Shown: in pieces, positions 44,459-55,200 of the stretch | Numbering within the stretch: the stretch's first letter is position 1 | Layout of the letters: each line of letters begins with the position of its first letter | Assembly: GCF_001677475.2 (NCBI RefSeq) | Contig: NZ_CP015229.1 | From: Escherichia coli | GTDB taxonomy: Bacteria > Pseudomonadota > Gammaproteobacteria > Enterobacterales > Enterobacteriaceae | Length of the DNA stretch: 64,000 nucleotides | Reading direction: 5' to 3' (one strand) | The notes under the pieces: generated by a model | Seen by the model: the letters and a program-made list of their open reading frames with translations, nothing else | What the model was told of the DNA's origin: nothing | Databases searched by the model: none | Translations under genes and position numbers: made by a program

Positions 44459-44740
44459 TTAATCGTAGCGATTTAACACGATTCGACGTTTGCTATCGCT
44501 ACCTGCAACAACCACTTCTGTCGTCACACCTTTGACTGGCGAAGAAACCTGATGACGGGTATCAACATCATACGTTAACTGACCACAATGCTGTTGAGGT
44601 TGACCATTAACCATAGCCATACTGCATGTTGGGGGACTGATCCTGCCATTAATCGTTAATGTGGCAGTCTGTGAAGAGAACGCGGGAGAAGCCATTCCAT
44701 AGGCAAGAAAAATAATTCCTGACAGCCAGTACTTATTCAT
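44459..44740 (-). CDS. yehE: Small secreted protein YehE
   Basis: 93-aa ORF with signal peptide, upstream of yehD on the same strand. Confidence 0.6.
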   Translation of the reverse strand: MNKYWLSGIIFLAYGMASPAFSSQTATLTINGRISPPTCSMAMVNGQPQQHCGQLTYDVDTRHQVSSPVKGVTTEVVVAGSDSKRRIVLNRYD

Positions 44741-44929
44741 TGAACGTTATCCCTGTAGTAAAGGTTATGCCTGGATAGAATGAGTGCATAACAAACTATA
44801 GCTGTACATCCACTACACAGCCACGAAGGATGATAATGAAGCATTGCCTGTACGATCAATCGACTTTATAGAGTTTCGGACGAAGGTCCGCAGAATATTC
44901 GCAGCATTAAATAAGTGTTCATTAATGCG

Positions 44930-44973
44930 GCAAAAACAAATACACCGCATCAATGTTACATCTCTGCGGTGTA
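44930..44973 (-). terminator. Rho-independent terminator downstream of apbC
   Basis: Stem tacaccgca/tgcggtgta (44941-44973) followed on the minus strand by a T-rich run (ttgtttttgcc). Confidence 0.5.
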
Positions 44974-45002
44974 TGAAAAACAACCAAAAAGGTTAATGCG
45001 CG

Positions 45003-46112
45003 TTAGACCGCGCGGAAGGAAATCTCGCCAGGAATGACTTCACCCTGCCAATAAAGCTGGGCAGCAACGCGGTCAGCCAGCTGGCGGTAGATAGCGGTAA
45101 ATTCGCTCTCCGGACGGCTGATAACCGTTGGCGTGCCTTTATCGAGATCTTCACGTAAGGAGATGTGTAACGGCATCTGCCCCAGCAACTGCGTGTGGTA
45201 TTTCTCGGCCAGTTTCTCTGCACCACCGGTACCGAAAATCGGTTCATGGTGACCACAGTTACTGCAAATGTGCACACTCATGTTCTCGACAATACCGAGC
45301 ACCGGAACCTCGACTTTCTCGAACATCACAATGCCTTTTTTCGCATCGATCAACGCGATGTCCTGCGGGGTGGTGACCACGACCGCACCAGTTACTGGAA
45401 TGTTTTGTGCCAGTGTCAATTGAATGTCACCGGTGCCTGGCGGCATATCAAGCACCAGATAGTCGAGATCCGGCCACAAGGTTTCCTGCAACATCTGCAT
45501 TAACGCCTTGCTCGCCATCGGACCACGCCACACCATCGCATTGTCGTCAGTGACCAGATAACCAATTGAATTGGTTGCCAGTCCATGAGACATAATCGGT
45601 GCCATATGGGTACCGTCCGGCGAAGTTGGACGCTGATTTTCTGCGCCCAGCATGGTGGGAATTGATGGGCCGTAGATATCGGCGTCCAGAATGCCGACTT
45701 TCGCCCCTTCCGCCGCCAGTGCCAGCGCCAGGTTTACCGCCGTGGAGGATTTACCCACGCCGCCTTTACCTGAGCTGACCGCAATGATGTTCTTCACGCC
45801 GTTAATTCCCGGCTGATTCTTCACGCGTTTTAAGGTGGCGATATTATGCGACAGTTTCCAGTCAATAGCTTTCGCCCCGGTGATACGCAGCAGTTCGGCG
45901 CTACATTGCTCTTTTAACTCTTCGAACGCGCTATGCCAGACGAATGGCATAACCAGTTCCACATGCAACGTGTCGTCCATCCAGGCGACATGGTGCAACG
46001 CTTTCAGCGTGGTGAGGTTATGCTTCAGGGTTGGGTGCTGAAAATTGGCCAGTGTCCCGGCGACCATTGCGCGCAAGGCTTCTGGTGATTTGGCCTGGGA
46101 TTGTTCGTTCAT
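45003..46112 (-). CDS. apbC: Fe-S cluster carrier P-loop ATPase (Mrp/ApbC)
   Basis: Track ORF 45003..46142; ATG at 46112 gives 369 aa starting MNEQSQAKSPEAL; Walker A VSSGKGGVGKSST and CxxC motif. Confidence 0.9.
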   Translation of the reverse strand: MNEQSQAKSPEALRAMVAGTLANFQHPTLKHNLTTLKALHHVAWMDDTLHVELVMPFVWHSAFEELKEQCSAELLRITGAKAIDWKLSHNIATLKRVKNQPGINGVKNIIAVSSGKGGVGKSSTAVNLALALAAEGAKVGILDADIYGPSIPTMLGAENQRPTSPDGTHMAPIMSHGLATNSIGYLVTDDNAMVWRGPMASKALMQMLQETLWPDLDYLVLDMPPGTGDIQLTLAQNIPVTGAVVVTTPQDIALIDAKKGIVMFEKVEVPVLGIVENMSVHICSNCGHHEPIFGTGGAEKLAEKYHTQLLGQMPLHISLREDLDKGTPTVISRPESEFTAIYRQLADRVAAQLYWQGEVIPGEISFRAV

Positions 46113-46243
46113 CCCGACTCCTTTTTTGTATAGATAAACCATCAGCTGATAGTTTACCTGAAGAATATAGAGAAGTACTTACTTAACATTTTCCCATTTG
46201 GTACTATCTAACCCCTTTTCACTATTAAGAAGTAATGCCTACT

Positions 46244-48277
46244 ATGACTCAAGTCGCGAAGAAAATTCTGGTGACGTGCGCACTGCCGTACGCTAACGGC
46301 TCAATCCACCTCGGCCATATGCTGGAGCACATCCAGGCTGATGTCTGGGTCCGTTACCAGCGAATGCGCGGCCACGAGGTCAACTTCATCTGCGCCGACG
46401 ATGCCCACGGCACACCGATCATGCTGAAAGCTCAGCAGCTTGGTATCACTCCGGAGCAGATGATTGGCGAAATGAGTCAGGAGCATCAGACTGATTTCGC
46501 AGGCTTTAACATCAGCTATGACAACTATCACTCAACGCACAGCGAAGAGAACCGCCAGTTGTCAGAACTTATTTATTCTCGCCTGAAAGAAAACGGTTTT
46601 ATTAAAAACCGCACCATCTCTCAGCTGTACGATCCGGAAAAAGGCATGTTCCTGCCGGACCGTTTTGTGAAAGGCACCTGCCCGAAATGTAAATCCCCGG
46701 ATCAATACGGCGATAACTGTGAAGTCTGCGGCGCGACCTACAGCCCGACTGAGCTGATCGAGCCTAAATCGGTGGTTTCTGGTGCTACGCCGGTAATGCG
46801 TGATTCTGAACACTTCTTCTTTGATCTGCCCTCTTTCAGCGAAATGCTGCAGGCATGGACCCGCAGCGGCGCGTTGCAGGAGCAAGTGGCAAACAAAATG
46901 CAGGAGTGGTTTGAATCTGGCCTGCAACAGTGGGATATCTCCCGCGATGCGCCGTACTTCGGTTTTGAAATTCCGAACGCACCGGGCAAATATTTCTACG
47001 TCTGGCTGGATGCGCCGATTGGCTACATGGGTTCTTTCAAGAATCTGTGCGACAAACGCGGCGACACCACCAGCTTCGATGAATACTGGAAGAAAGATTC
47101 CACCGCCGAGCTGTACCACTTCATCGGTAAAGATATCGTTTACTTCCACAGCCTGTTCTGGCCTGCCATGCTGGAAGGCAGCAACTTCCGCAAGCCGACC
47201 AACCTGTTTGTTCATGGCTATGTGACGGTGAACGGCGCGAAGATGTCCAAGTCTCGCGGCACCTTTATTAAAGCCAGCACCTGGCTGAATCATTTTGACG
47301 CTGACAGCCTGCGTTACTACTACACTGCGAAACTCTCTTCGCGCATTGATGATATCGATCTCAACCTGGAAGATTTCGTTCAGCGTGTGAATGCCGATAT
47401 CGTGAATAAAGTGGTTAACCTGGCCTCCCGTAACGCTGGCTTTATCAACAAGCGTTTTGACGGCGTGCTGGCAAGCGAACTGGCTGACCCGCAGTTGTAC
47501 AAAACCTTCACGGATGCCGCTGAAGTGATTGGTGAAGCATGGGAAAGCCGCGAATTTGGTAAAGCAGTGCGCGAAATTATGGCGCTGGCTGATCTGGCTA
47601 ACCGCTATGTCGATGAACAGGCTCCGTGGGTGGTGGCGAAACAGGAAGGCCGCGATGCCGACCTGCAGGCAATTTGTTCGATGGGCATCAACCTGTTCCG
47701 CGTGCTGATGACTTACCTGAAGCCGGTACTGCCGAAACTGACCGAGCGTGCAGAAGCATTCCTCAATACAGAACTGACCTGGCATGGTATCCAGCAACCG
47801 CTGCTGGCGCATAAAGTGAATCCGTTCAAGGCACTGTATAACCGTATCGATATGAAACAGGTGGAAGCACTGGTGGAAGCATCCAAAGAAGAAGTGAAAG
47901 CCACAGCCGCACCGGTAACTGGCCCACTGGCTGACGACCCGATTCAGGAAACCATCACCTTTGACGACTTCGCCAAAGTTGACCTGCGTGTGGCGCTGAT
48001 TGAAAACGCGGAGTTTGTTGAAGGCTCTGACAAACTGCTGCGTCTGACACTGGATCTCGGTGGTGAAAAGCGTAATGTCTTCTCAGGCATCCGTTCTGCT
48101 TATCCAGACCCACAGGCACTGATTGGTCGTCACACCATTATGGTGGCCAACCTGGCACCACGTAAAATGCGCTTCGGTATCTCCGAAGGCATGGTGATGG
48201 CTGCCGGTCCTGGCGGGAAAGATATCTTCCTGCTAAGCCCGGATGCCGGTGCTAAACCGGGTCATCAGGTGAAATAA
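46244..48277 (+). CDS. metG: Methionyl-tRNA synthetase
   Basis: Track ORF 46235..48277; ATG at 46244 gives 677 aa starting [19 protein letters not shown] with HIGH (HLGH) and KMSKS motifs. Confidence 0.95.
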   Translation: MTQVAKKILVTCALPYANGSIHLGHMLEHIQADVWVRYQRMRGHEVNFICADDAHGTPIMLKAQQLGITPEQMIGEMSQEHQTDFAGFNISYDNYHSTHSEENRQLSELIYSRLKENGFIKNRTISQLYDPEKGMFLPDRFVKGTCPKCKSPDQYGDNCEVCGATYSPTELIEPKSVVSGATPVMRDSEHFFFDLPSFSEMLQAWTRSGALQEQVANKMQEWFESGLQQWDISRDAPYFGFEIPNAPGKYFYVWLDAPIGYMGSFKNLCDKRGDTTSFDEYWKKDSTAELYHFIGKDIVYFHSLFWPAMLEGSNFRKPTNLFVHGYVTVNGAKMSKSRGTFIKASTWLNHFDADSLRYYYTAKLSSRIDDIDLNLEDFVQRVNADIVNKVVNLASRNAGFINKRFDGVLASELADPQLYKTFTDAAEVIGEAWESREFGKAVREIMALADLANRYVDEQAPWVVAKQEGRDADLQAICSMGINLFRVLMTYLKPVLPKLTERAEAFLNTELTWHGIQQPLLAHKVNPFKALYNRIDMKQVEALVEASKEEVKATAAPVTGPLADDPIQETITFDDFAKVDLRVALIENAEFVEGSDKLLRLTLDLGGEKRNVFSGIRSAYPDPQALIGRHTIMVANLAPRKMRFGISEGMVMAAGPGGKDIFLLSPDAGAKPGHQVK

Positions 48278-48287
48278 TCTCCTTTCA

Positions 48288-48316
48288 AGGCGCTGTATCG
48301 ACAGCGCCTTTTCTTT
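48288..48316 (+). terminator. Rho-independent terminator of metG
   Basis: Stem aggcgctg/cagcgcct with 6-nt loop followed by tttctttat, immediately after the metG stop. Confidence 0.7.
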
Positions 48317-48417
48317 ATAAATTCCTAAAGTTGTTTTCTTGCGATTTTGTCTCTCTCTAACCCGCATAAATACTGGTAGCATCTGCATTCAACTGGATAA
48401 AATTACAGGGATGCAGA

Positions 48418-51400
48418 ATGAGACACTTTATCTTTCAGGACGAAAAATCACATAAATTCTGGGCGGTGGAGCAGCAGGGAAACGAGCTGCATATCAACTG
48501 GGGAAAAGTCGGCACCAACGGGCAAAGTCAGGTAAAAAGCTTTGCTGATGCTGCGGCGGCGGAAAAAGCGGAACTGAAGTTGATTGCGGAGAAGATTAAG
48601 AAGGGGTATGTGGATGATGGTTCGCCAGAAACCATCATAAACTCTCCGATATCAAGCACAGTTTCAGTACAAGAGTTAGCAATATCAACAGGAAACTTCA
48701 CAACGACTGAAACGGCACAGCCACAAGCGATGCCCACGTTGGAAACGCCGCCCTGGCTGAAGAACGGTGAGTCAATTGTTATTTTTGCCAATGCTGAACC
48801 CGCGCCGTTTAGCCATCGTCACTTGATTAATGATCCTCTGGACATTGTTGATAAAGATGGCTTCTTCTGGATACAACTAAAAGAGTACCCATATTGGGCA
48901 GCATTTTACCTTGCCTGTCTGCAAAAGTTCGATGTCAGCCAATGCCAGTCAGAATGGCAATTGGCGTTACAGGAAACTATTTCGCGCATCCAGAAATTAC
49001 AGCAAGACGGATCGTTGCTTTCCGACGTCATATTGACACTGACAAGATTAATTATCGGCCGCCCCGGTCGCCCTCATACATGGCTGGATAGCATAGTGCA
49101 ACTGCGAGGCCTTGAGTATGCCACTGAGTTAGTTATCGCTATGCAGCATGTACAAATGACTGACGACGCAAATACCGATCCTACAAAAAATGCCACTTTA
49201 AAACTTCATTACAATAGTCTTTTTAGTGCGCTGAGAAGAGGGGAAATGGCAGACAATTATTATCTACCTGTAGTAAGCCTTAGCCACGATATTTCCGACA
49301 TGCGCTACAAATATGGATTCAGCGACGAAATAGAGTTACGTTTACGAGAACACCTTTCGCACACAGATGAGGAAACCTGGCAACGCTGTGCTAATAAACT
49401 CATAGATGCTCTCCCTTCACTGCCTCCCCGCAAACGCCCATTAATTGCTTTTTTGCTACCAGAAAAACCAGATATTGCCAATCAGATAGCCCTGGAAATT
49501 GCCCCTATGCATGATTACCCAGAGATTGAGTGGCTTTCCCTTGTCACAACTGACCCGCAAGCAACGTGTCTGCTGAAGAATTTCCATCAACTTGAACTCA
49601 CAACGGGATGGGGAGGCGATATGACGAATCGTTGTATTAAAACCCTACTGCGTGAACAAGGTCTTAATGCCCTGTCACGTCTGCAAGAGGGAGTTAACGA
49701 TAGTTATCCTGTCAGACACGCACTTCAGGAAATTAACCATCCTGATGTCGTTACGTTGTTTATCAAAGAGGAATGTGCCATAGGTGTCGAAATTTCGGCT
49801 TCGAAGTACCCAGAATCGGCGCTTTATGCCCTTACTGCAGCTTTGCTTAGTGCTAAAAATCTGAGGTATTCTCGCCTGATGGAACGAATTGTATTAGGTA
49901 ATGCTCAAACCTTGCGTAATACAATGCCCTGGTTGAGTGAGGAACAGAAACAACTTTTATTCAGTTATTTTCCTCAACTTCATGCTAAAGAAGAGATAGC
50001 CAATGCTTGTGAGTTACCCGGTATATTAACTAATCCAATTTGGCTGAAGAAAAAGAATAAATCCGCCACGACGATATTTACATTACCCGTATTGCCTCTG
50101 GAGTCCATTGGCCCCAACCCTCAGCCACAACCCGAAGCAGAAATACCTTCTACTGCTGAAGTCTTACGCCACCTGGGATTCAGTAGTGGAGCATTTGAAG
50201 AGAATAATCCTGATCCAGAAAGATTCGATATTAAATGGGGCGTAACCAAAACGGCCATTCGTCTTCTGGAAACGGAAGATTATGAATCGTTGTTAAATAC
50301 CCGACCAAAGTATGATTATGAAGGTTTTATTACCTTTTATGTATCCATACTCACTCGTCTACCAGCAGAGAAAGCGCTCTCAATCTGGAATGGACTCTCA
50401 CACATGCACCTCGTGGGTGCTGAGAAAGTGGTTGAGCGATTTGGTCTATCTACGGTACCGGGTCTGTTGCGTTATGCCCTGGTAAACCCTAAGGAGGCGG
50501 TTCCCCTGGCAGCACAATTCGGTGCAACTGAAGTTGCCCTGCTGATGGCCCGCGCATTTTGCCAGTTAAAATCCGTACGAGATGTCGCCGAATATTGGCT
50601 CACCACCTACCCGGAACATGCCATTACCGGGCTGCTGCCTATTGCGCTGGGTAAACCAGTTAAAGAACAACAAGATGCCCGGATGACATTACGCTACCTG
50701 GTCAATAATGGTCATCTCGCGTTGCTGAAAAAAATTGCCAGCCGTTACCAACAACCTGAGGTAATAACTGCACTTACCGACTTTTTAGCAGCAGATCCGC
50801 TGGAAAACTATCCACAGAAAATCGCCAAACTCCCTGGGTGGTGTTCACCAGAAGTATGGCACCGCCCGCTTCTGCGCAGTAACGGCAAGGCACTTTCAGA
50901 TTCAGCCATCCTGCACCTGTGCACCATGCTCTCTTTTCCCCGCGAAGCCACCCTTTACCCAGGGATAACACAGGTAATCAAGGCCTGTACTCCGCAATCT
51001 CTTGCCGATTTCGCCTGGGATCTCTTCCTCAGTTGGGAATCTGCCAGTGGCTCCGCTAAAGATAACTGGGCATTTACCGCACTGGGGATTCTGGGCAACG
51101 ATGACACCGCCCGCAAACTCACCCCGCTCATCCGCGCCTGGCCGGGGGAATCTCAGCATAAACGCGCCACTGTCGGGCTGGATATTCTTGCTGCTATCGG
51201 CAGCGATATCGCCCTGATGCAGCTTAACGGCATCGCGCAAAAGCTAAAATTTAAAGCCTTGCAGGATCAGGCAAGAGTTAAAATCGCCCAGATTGCCGAA
51301 AGCCGCCAACTCACCGTCGCAGAAATGGAAGACCGGTTAGCGCCGGATCTCGGACTGGATGATAACGGCTCACTACTGCTGGATTTCGGCCCACGCCAGT

Positions 51401-52254
51401 TCACCGTCAGCTTTGATGAATCCTTAAAACCGTTTGTGCGCGATGCTTCCGGCAGCCGCCTGAAAGACCTGCCCAAACCGAACAAAAGCGATGATGAAAC
51501 ACTGGCTGAGGAAGCGGTAAATCGCTACAAGTTGTTGAAAAAAGATGTCCGCACGGTGGCAGCGCAACAAATTTCGCGTCTGGAAGCCGCCATGTGTCAG
51601 CGTCGCCGCTGGACAGCAGAACAGTTCCGCCTGTTTCTGGTTGAGCATCCCCTGGTACGTCATATCACCCAACGTCTGATGTGGGGCGTATACGATGCAG
51701 ATAATCAGCTTATCACCTGTTTTCGCGTGGCGGAGGATGGCAGTTTTAGCGACGGTCAGGATAACCCGTTAACCCCTGCGCAGGGTAGCATCGGTATCCC
51801 GCATGTGCTGGAAATCCCGGCCCCGCAGGCGGCTGAATTTGCTCAACTGTTTTCTGACTACGAACTCCTGCCACCGTTCCGTCAACTCGATCGCCCCTGG
51901 TCTCAGCTCTCTGATTCAGAAAAAAACAGCAACGATTTGCAGCGCTGGGCTGGTCGCCAGGCACCAAGTGGGCGCGTCGCCGGGCTGATGAATAAAGGCT
52001 GGCAACGGGGCGATGTGCTGGATGGTGGCGGCTATTACTCATTTTATAAAGCTGTGGATGATGGCTACGTCGAACTGAGTGTGACACCCGGCTTCAGTGT
52101 TGGATTACCCGTCACCGAAATCAGCGCCAGCCAAAAAATTGAGCACATTCAGTTGTGCAAACTGACGCCGCACAAATCGGTTTATCCCTTCTCCGTGCTC
52201 GACGACATCACCGCCAGCGAACTCATTAACGATATTGAATCACTGTTTGATTAA
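48418..52254 (+). CDS. molR: Giant WGR-domain/DUF4132-type protein, paralog 1 (molR-like), 1278 aa
   Basis: Uninterrupted 1278-aa ORF; N-terminal ~60 aa has WGR-domain character (KFWAVEQQGNELHINWGKVGTNGQSQ); C-terminal ~350 aa conserved with paralogs 2 and 3. Symbol from memory of the K-12 locus after metG. Confidence 0.75.
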   Translation: MRHFIFQDEKSHKFWAVEQQGNELHINWGKVGTNGQSQVKSFADAAAAEKAELKLIAEKIKKGYVDDGSPETIINSPISSTVSVQELAISTGNFTTTETAQPQAMPTLETPPWLKNGESIVIFANAEPAPFSHRHLINDPLDIVDKDGFFWIQLKEYPYWAAFYLACLQKFDVSQCQSEWQLALQETISRIQKLQQDGSLLSDVILTLTRLIIGRPGRPHTWLDSIVQLRGLEYATELVIAMQHVQMTDDANTDPTKNATLKLHYNSLFSALRRGEMADNYYLPVVSLSHDISDMRYKYGFSDEIELRLREHLSHTDEETWQRCANKLIDALPSLPPRKRPLIAFLLPEKPDIANQIALEIAPMHDYPEIEWLSLVTTDPQATCLLKNFHQLELTTGWGGDMTNRCIKTLLREQGLNALSRLQEGVNDSYPVRHALQEINHPDVVTLFIKEECAIGVEISASKYPESALYALTAALLSAKNLRYSRLMERIVLGNAQTLRNTMPWLSEEQKQLLFSYFPQLHAKEEIANACELPGILTNPIWLKKKNKSATTIFTLPVLPLESIGPNPQPQPEAEIPSTAEVLRHLGFSSGAFEENNPDPERFDIKWGVTKTAIRLLETEDYESLLNTRPKYDYEGFITFYVSILTRLPAEKALSIWNGLSHMHLVGAEKVVERFGLSTVPGLLRYALVNPKEAVPLAAQFGATEVALLMARAFCQLKSVRDVAEYWLTTYPEHAITGLLPIALGKPVKEQQDARMTLRYLVNNGHLALLKKIASRYQQPEVITALTDFLAADPLENYPQKIAKLPGWCSPEVWHRPLLRSNGKALSDSAILHLCTMLSFPREATLYPGITQVIKACTPQSLADFAWDLFLSWESASGSAKDNWAFTALGILGNDDTARKLTPLIRAWPGESQHKRATVGLDILAAIGSDIALMQLNGIAQKLKFKALQDQARVKIAQIAESRQLTVAEMEDRLAPDLGLDDNGSLLLDFGPRQFTVSFDESLKPFVRDASGSRLKDLPKPNKSDDETLAEEAVNRYKLLKKDVRTVAAQQISRLEAAMCQRRRWTAEQFRLFLVEHPLVRHITQRLMWGVYDADNQLITCFRVAEDGSFSDGQDNPLTPAQGSIGIPHVLEIPAPQAAEFAQLFSDYELLPPFRQLDRPWSQLSDSEKNSNDLQRWAGRQAPSGRVAGLMNKGWQRGDVLDGGGYYSFYKAVDDGYVELSVTPGFSVGLPVTEISASQKIEHIQLCKLTPHKSVYPFSVLDDITASELINDIESLFD

Positions 52255-52266
52255 AAGGATTTAGCA

Positions 52267-55200
52267 ATGAAAACCTATATTTATCAGGACGAAAAATCAC
52301 ATAAATTCTGGGCGGTGGAGCAGCAAGACAACGAGCTGCATATTAGCTGGGGTAAAGTCGGTACTAACGGGCAAAGTCAGGTAAAAAGCTTTGCTGATGC
52401 TGCGGCGGCGGAAAAAGCGGAACTGAAGTTGATTGCGGAGAAAACAAAAAAGGGCTACGTAGAAGAAGTATCCGTGATAACACCGACATCTGTCCCCGTC
52501 CAGGTTATCGAATGCCCCGAAATAGCCCCTTTGCCACAAGACAAACCAGTATTTGTTGGAGACAACCTCCCCTGGCTGGCAGACGACGCCCAAATCATTT
52601 TACCGACAGAGGTTGCGCCAACCACACTAAGTCATCGACGCTGGCCTGGCGATCCTGTGCCACAGGAGAATGAATTAACTCTGCTACGCTCCGTCGCCGC
52701 GAATACTCACCGACGTTTTAAAAAGGTGATCACCTTCGATTACAGCACCTGTTCACTGGACTGGCAGCAGGCGATAACACAAGCAGTGGGCCTTATCGAC
52801 TCGCCGATTAGCACCACGCTACCACCGATGGTTCTGGCGGTACTGGTTGCGCTGGAACAAGGCTTCAATCGTAACGATCACGAAGAGTTAATGGATCAAA
52901 TTGTCCAGGAAGGTGGTCTGGAATATGCCACTGAGGTTGTCATTGCACTACAATTCATCCGCTTCGACTGGGATTATGATGCCCATCTTATTACGTTCAC
53001 CCCGGATGACAGGCAGCCTGGCTATCTGTTGCGCTTTGCCTCGGTTGAAATGCGCCTGCGCAAGCATTTCTCACTTGCAAATGACGATGTATGGCAGCGC
53101 TGCGCCGACAAACTGATTGCCGCTCTCGGAAACATGCCCGCCTGGCACCAGCCGCTGGTTGCACTATTGTTGCCGGAAAAACCAGAAGTAGCTCATGAGA
53201 TTGCCAGACATTTTTGCGGGCAAAAAGGGTTATATGCGCTGGAATGGCTAAAACTGACGGTCACCGATGCTCAGGTATTAGCAGACCTGGAAAAATACTA
53301 TCCAGGACAGCCTGGGCAGGTATTTGATGATTACTATGGCGGTAACATCTGGTGTGCGACAGCACTCCAGGAGCAAGGAGTCACTGCGCTGGCCCGTTTT
53401 GCCCATTACGCTACTGGTGACACATGTGGTGAAGTGTTGATGCATATCAACCACCCGCAGGCACTTACACTACTTATCCATGCAAGCGAGCAAGGAAAGC
53501 GTTGCCACGATCGCATGACAAAGGCTTTCGTTCGCTTCCCACACGCAGCGCTGGCGGCATTAGCAGAACTTCTGGCACAAAAAGATGAAAAGCGCTGGCG
53601 CATGATGCTAATGACGATGCTTATCTCGCAACCGGCACTAGCAGAACAGGTCACTCCCTGGCTCTCAACCCCCGCAGTTGCAGTGCTGAAATCATGCCAG
53701 CAACAACTGACACAGCCCTCAAACCATGCCAGCGCCGATCTACTGCCAGCCATATTAGTCTCACCGCCCTGGCTTTCGAAAAAGAAAAAATCTGTAATGC
53801 CGGTATTGGATTTAACGCCATTACCGCTGGAGTCATGCTGCACATTGACCGAGACGGCAGAAAAAGAGATTCATGCAAGGCATCGCTGGCACGCACATCA
53901 AATAGACGTCGGCCAAAAAGAGGATATTCAGAACTACCTGACACGTCTGGGTTTCAATCGCTGGAATAATGGCCAGTATATGAAAGCGTCTGATGCTGTT
54001 GTAGAACTCTGGCAGAGGGGAGATTATTCTGCGCTAATCAGCGAATTTAAAACCTTCTGGCACTCCTATCAACGGGAATGGCAGCTTTACATGTTAGCCG
54101 CCCTGCCTATCGAAAAAACAGCGCAGGCGTGGAATGTCCTCAGTAAAGAGCCACACGTCGGTGTCGAGTTTGTCATGACGCACCTGCAACTCGCTGGGTT
54201 ACAGGGTTTTATTCACTCCTTTTCACGCTATCCACAAGAAGCTCTGCCTGTAGCACAATATTTTGCGGCTATCGAATTAGCGCCACTGATCGCCCGCGCC
54301 TTCAACAAACTCAAAACCCTACGACAAGACGCCCGCACCTGGCTGCTGAAATACCCGGAACACGCCATTACCGGCCTGCTACCTTCGGCGCTCGGCAAAG
54401 CCGGTGAAGCACAGGATAACGCCCGCGCTGCCTTGCGTATGCTTACCGAAAACGGTCATCAGCCATTACTGCAAGAAATCGCCCGGCGTTATAACCAGCC
54501 GGAAGTAACAGATGCGGTGAACGCTCTGCTTGCGCTCGATCCCTTAGATAATCACCCGACAAAAATCCCCACTCTTCCGGCCTTTTATCAGCCATCGCTC
54601 TGGACGCGCCCGGTATTAAAAGCAAATGCCCAATCACTGCCAGATAGCGCCCTCCTACGCCTCGGCGAAATGCTCCGCTTCCCTCAGGAAGAGGCACTGT
54701 ATCCGGGATTATTGCAGGTGAAAGCCGCCTGTACCGCCGACTCACTGGCTGAATTTGCCTGGGATCTGTTTACCGCCTGGCAGACCGCTGGCGCACCGTC
54801 GAAAGAAAGCTGGGCGTTCACTGCGTTAGGTGTTCTCGGCAACGATGACACCGCCCGCAAACTGACGCCTTTGATTCGCGCCTGGCCTGGTGAATCCCAG
54901 CATAAACGCGCCACCGTCGGGCTGGATATTCTCGCTGCTATCGGTAGTGATATCGCCCTGATGCAGCTTAACGGGATCGCCCAGAAACTGAAATTCAAAG
55001 CATTACAGGAGCGGGCAAAAGAAAAAATTGCCGACATTGCCGAGAGTCGCGAACTGACGGTAGCGGAGCTTGAAGATCGGTTAGCACCGGATCTCGGTCT
55101 GGATGATAACGGTTCGCTGCTGCTGGATTTTGGCCCACGGCAGTTCGCCGTCAGCTTTGATGAAACCTTAAAACCGTTTGTGCGCGATGTTTCCGGCAGC

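Noticed and set aside
46562-47812. 416-aa minus-strand ORF inside metG
   Set aside because: Antisense to metG, which has canonical HIGH/KMSKS motifs; reverse-frame artefact.
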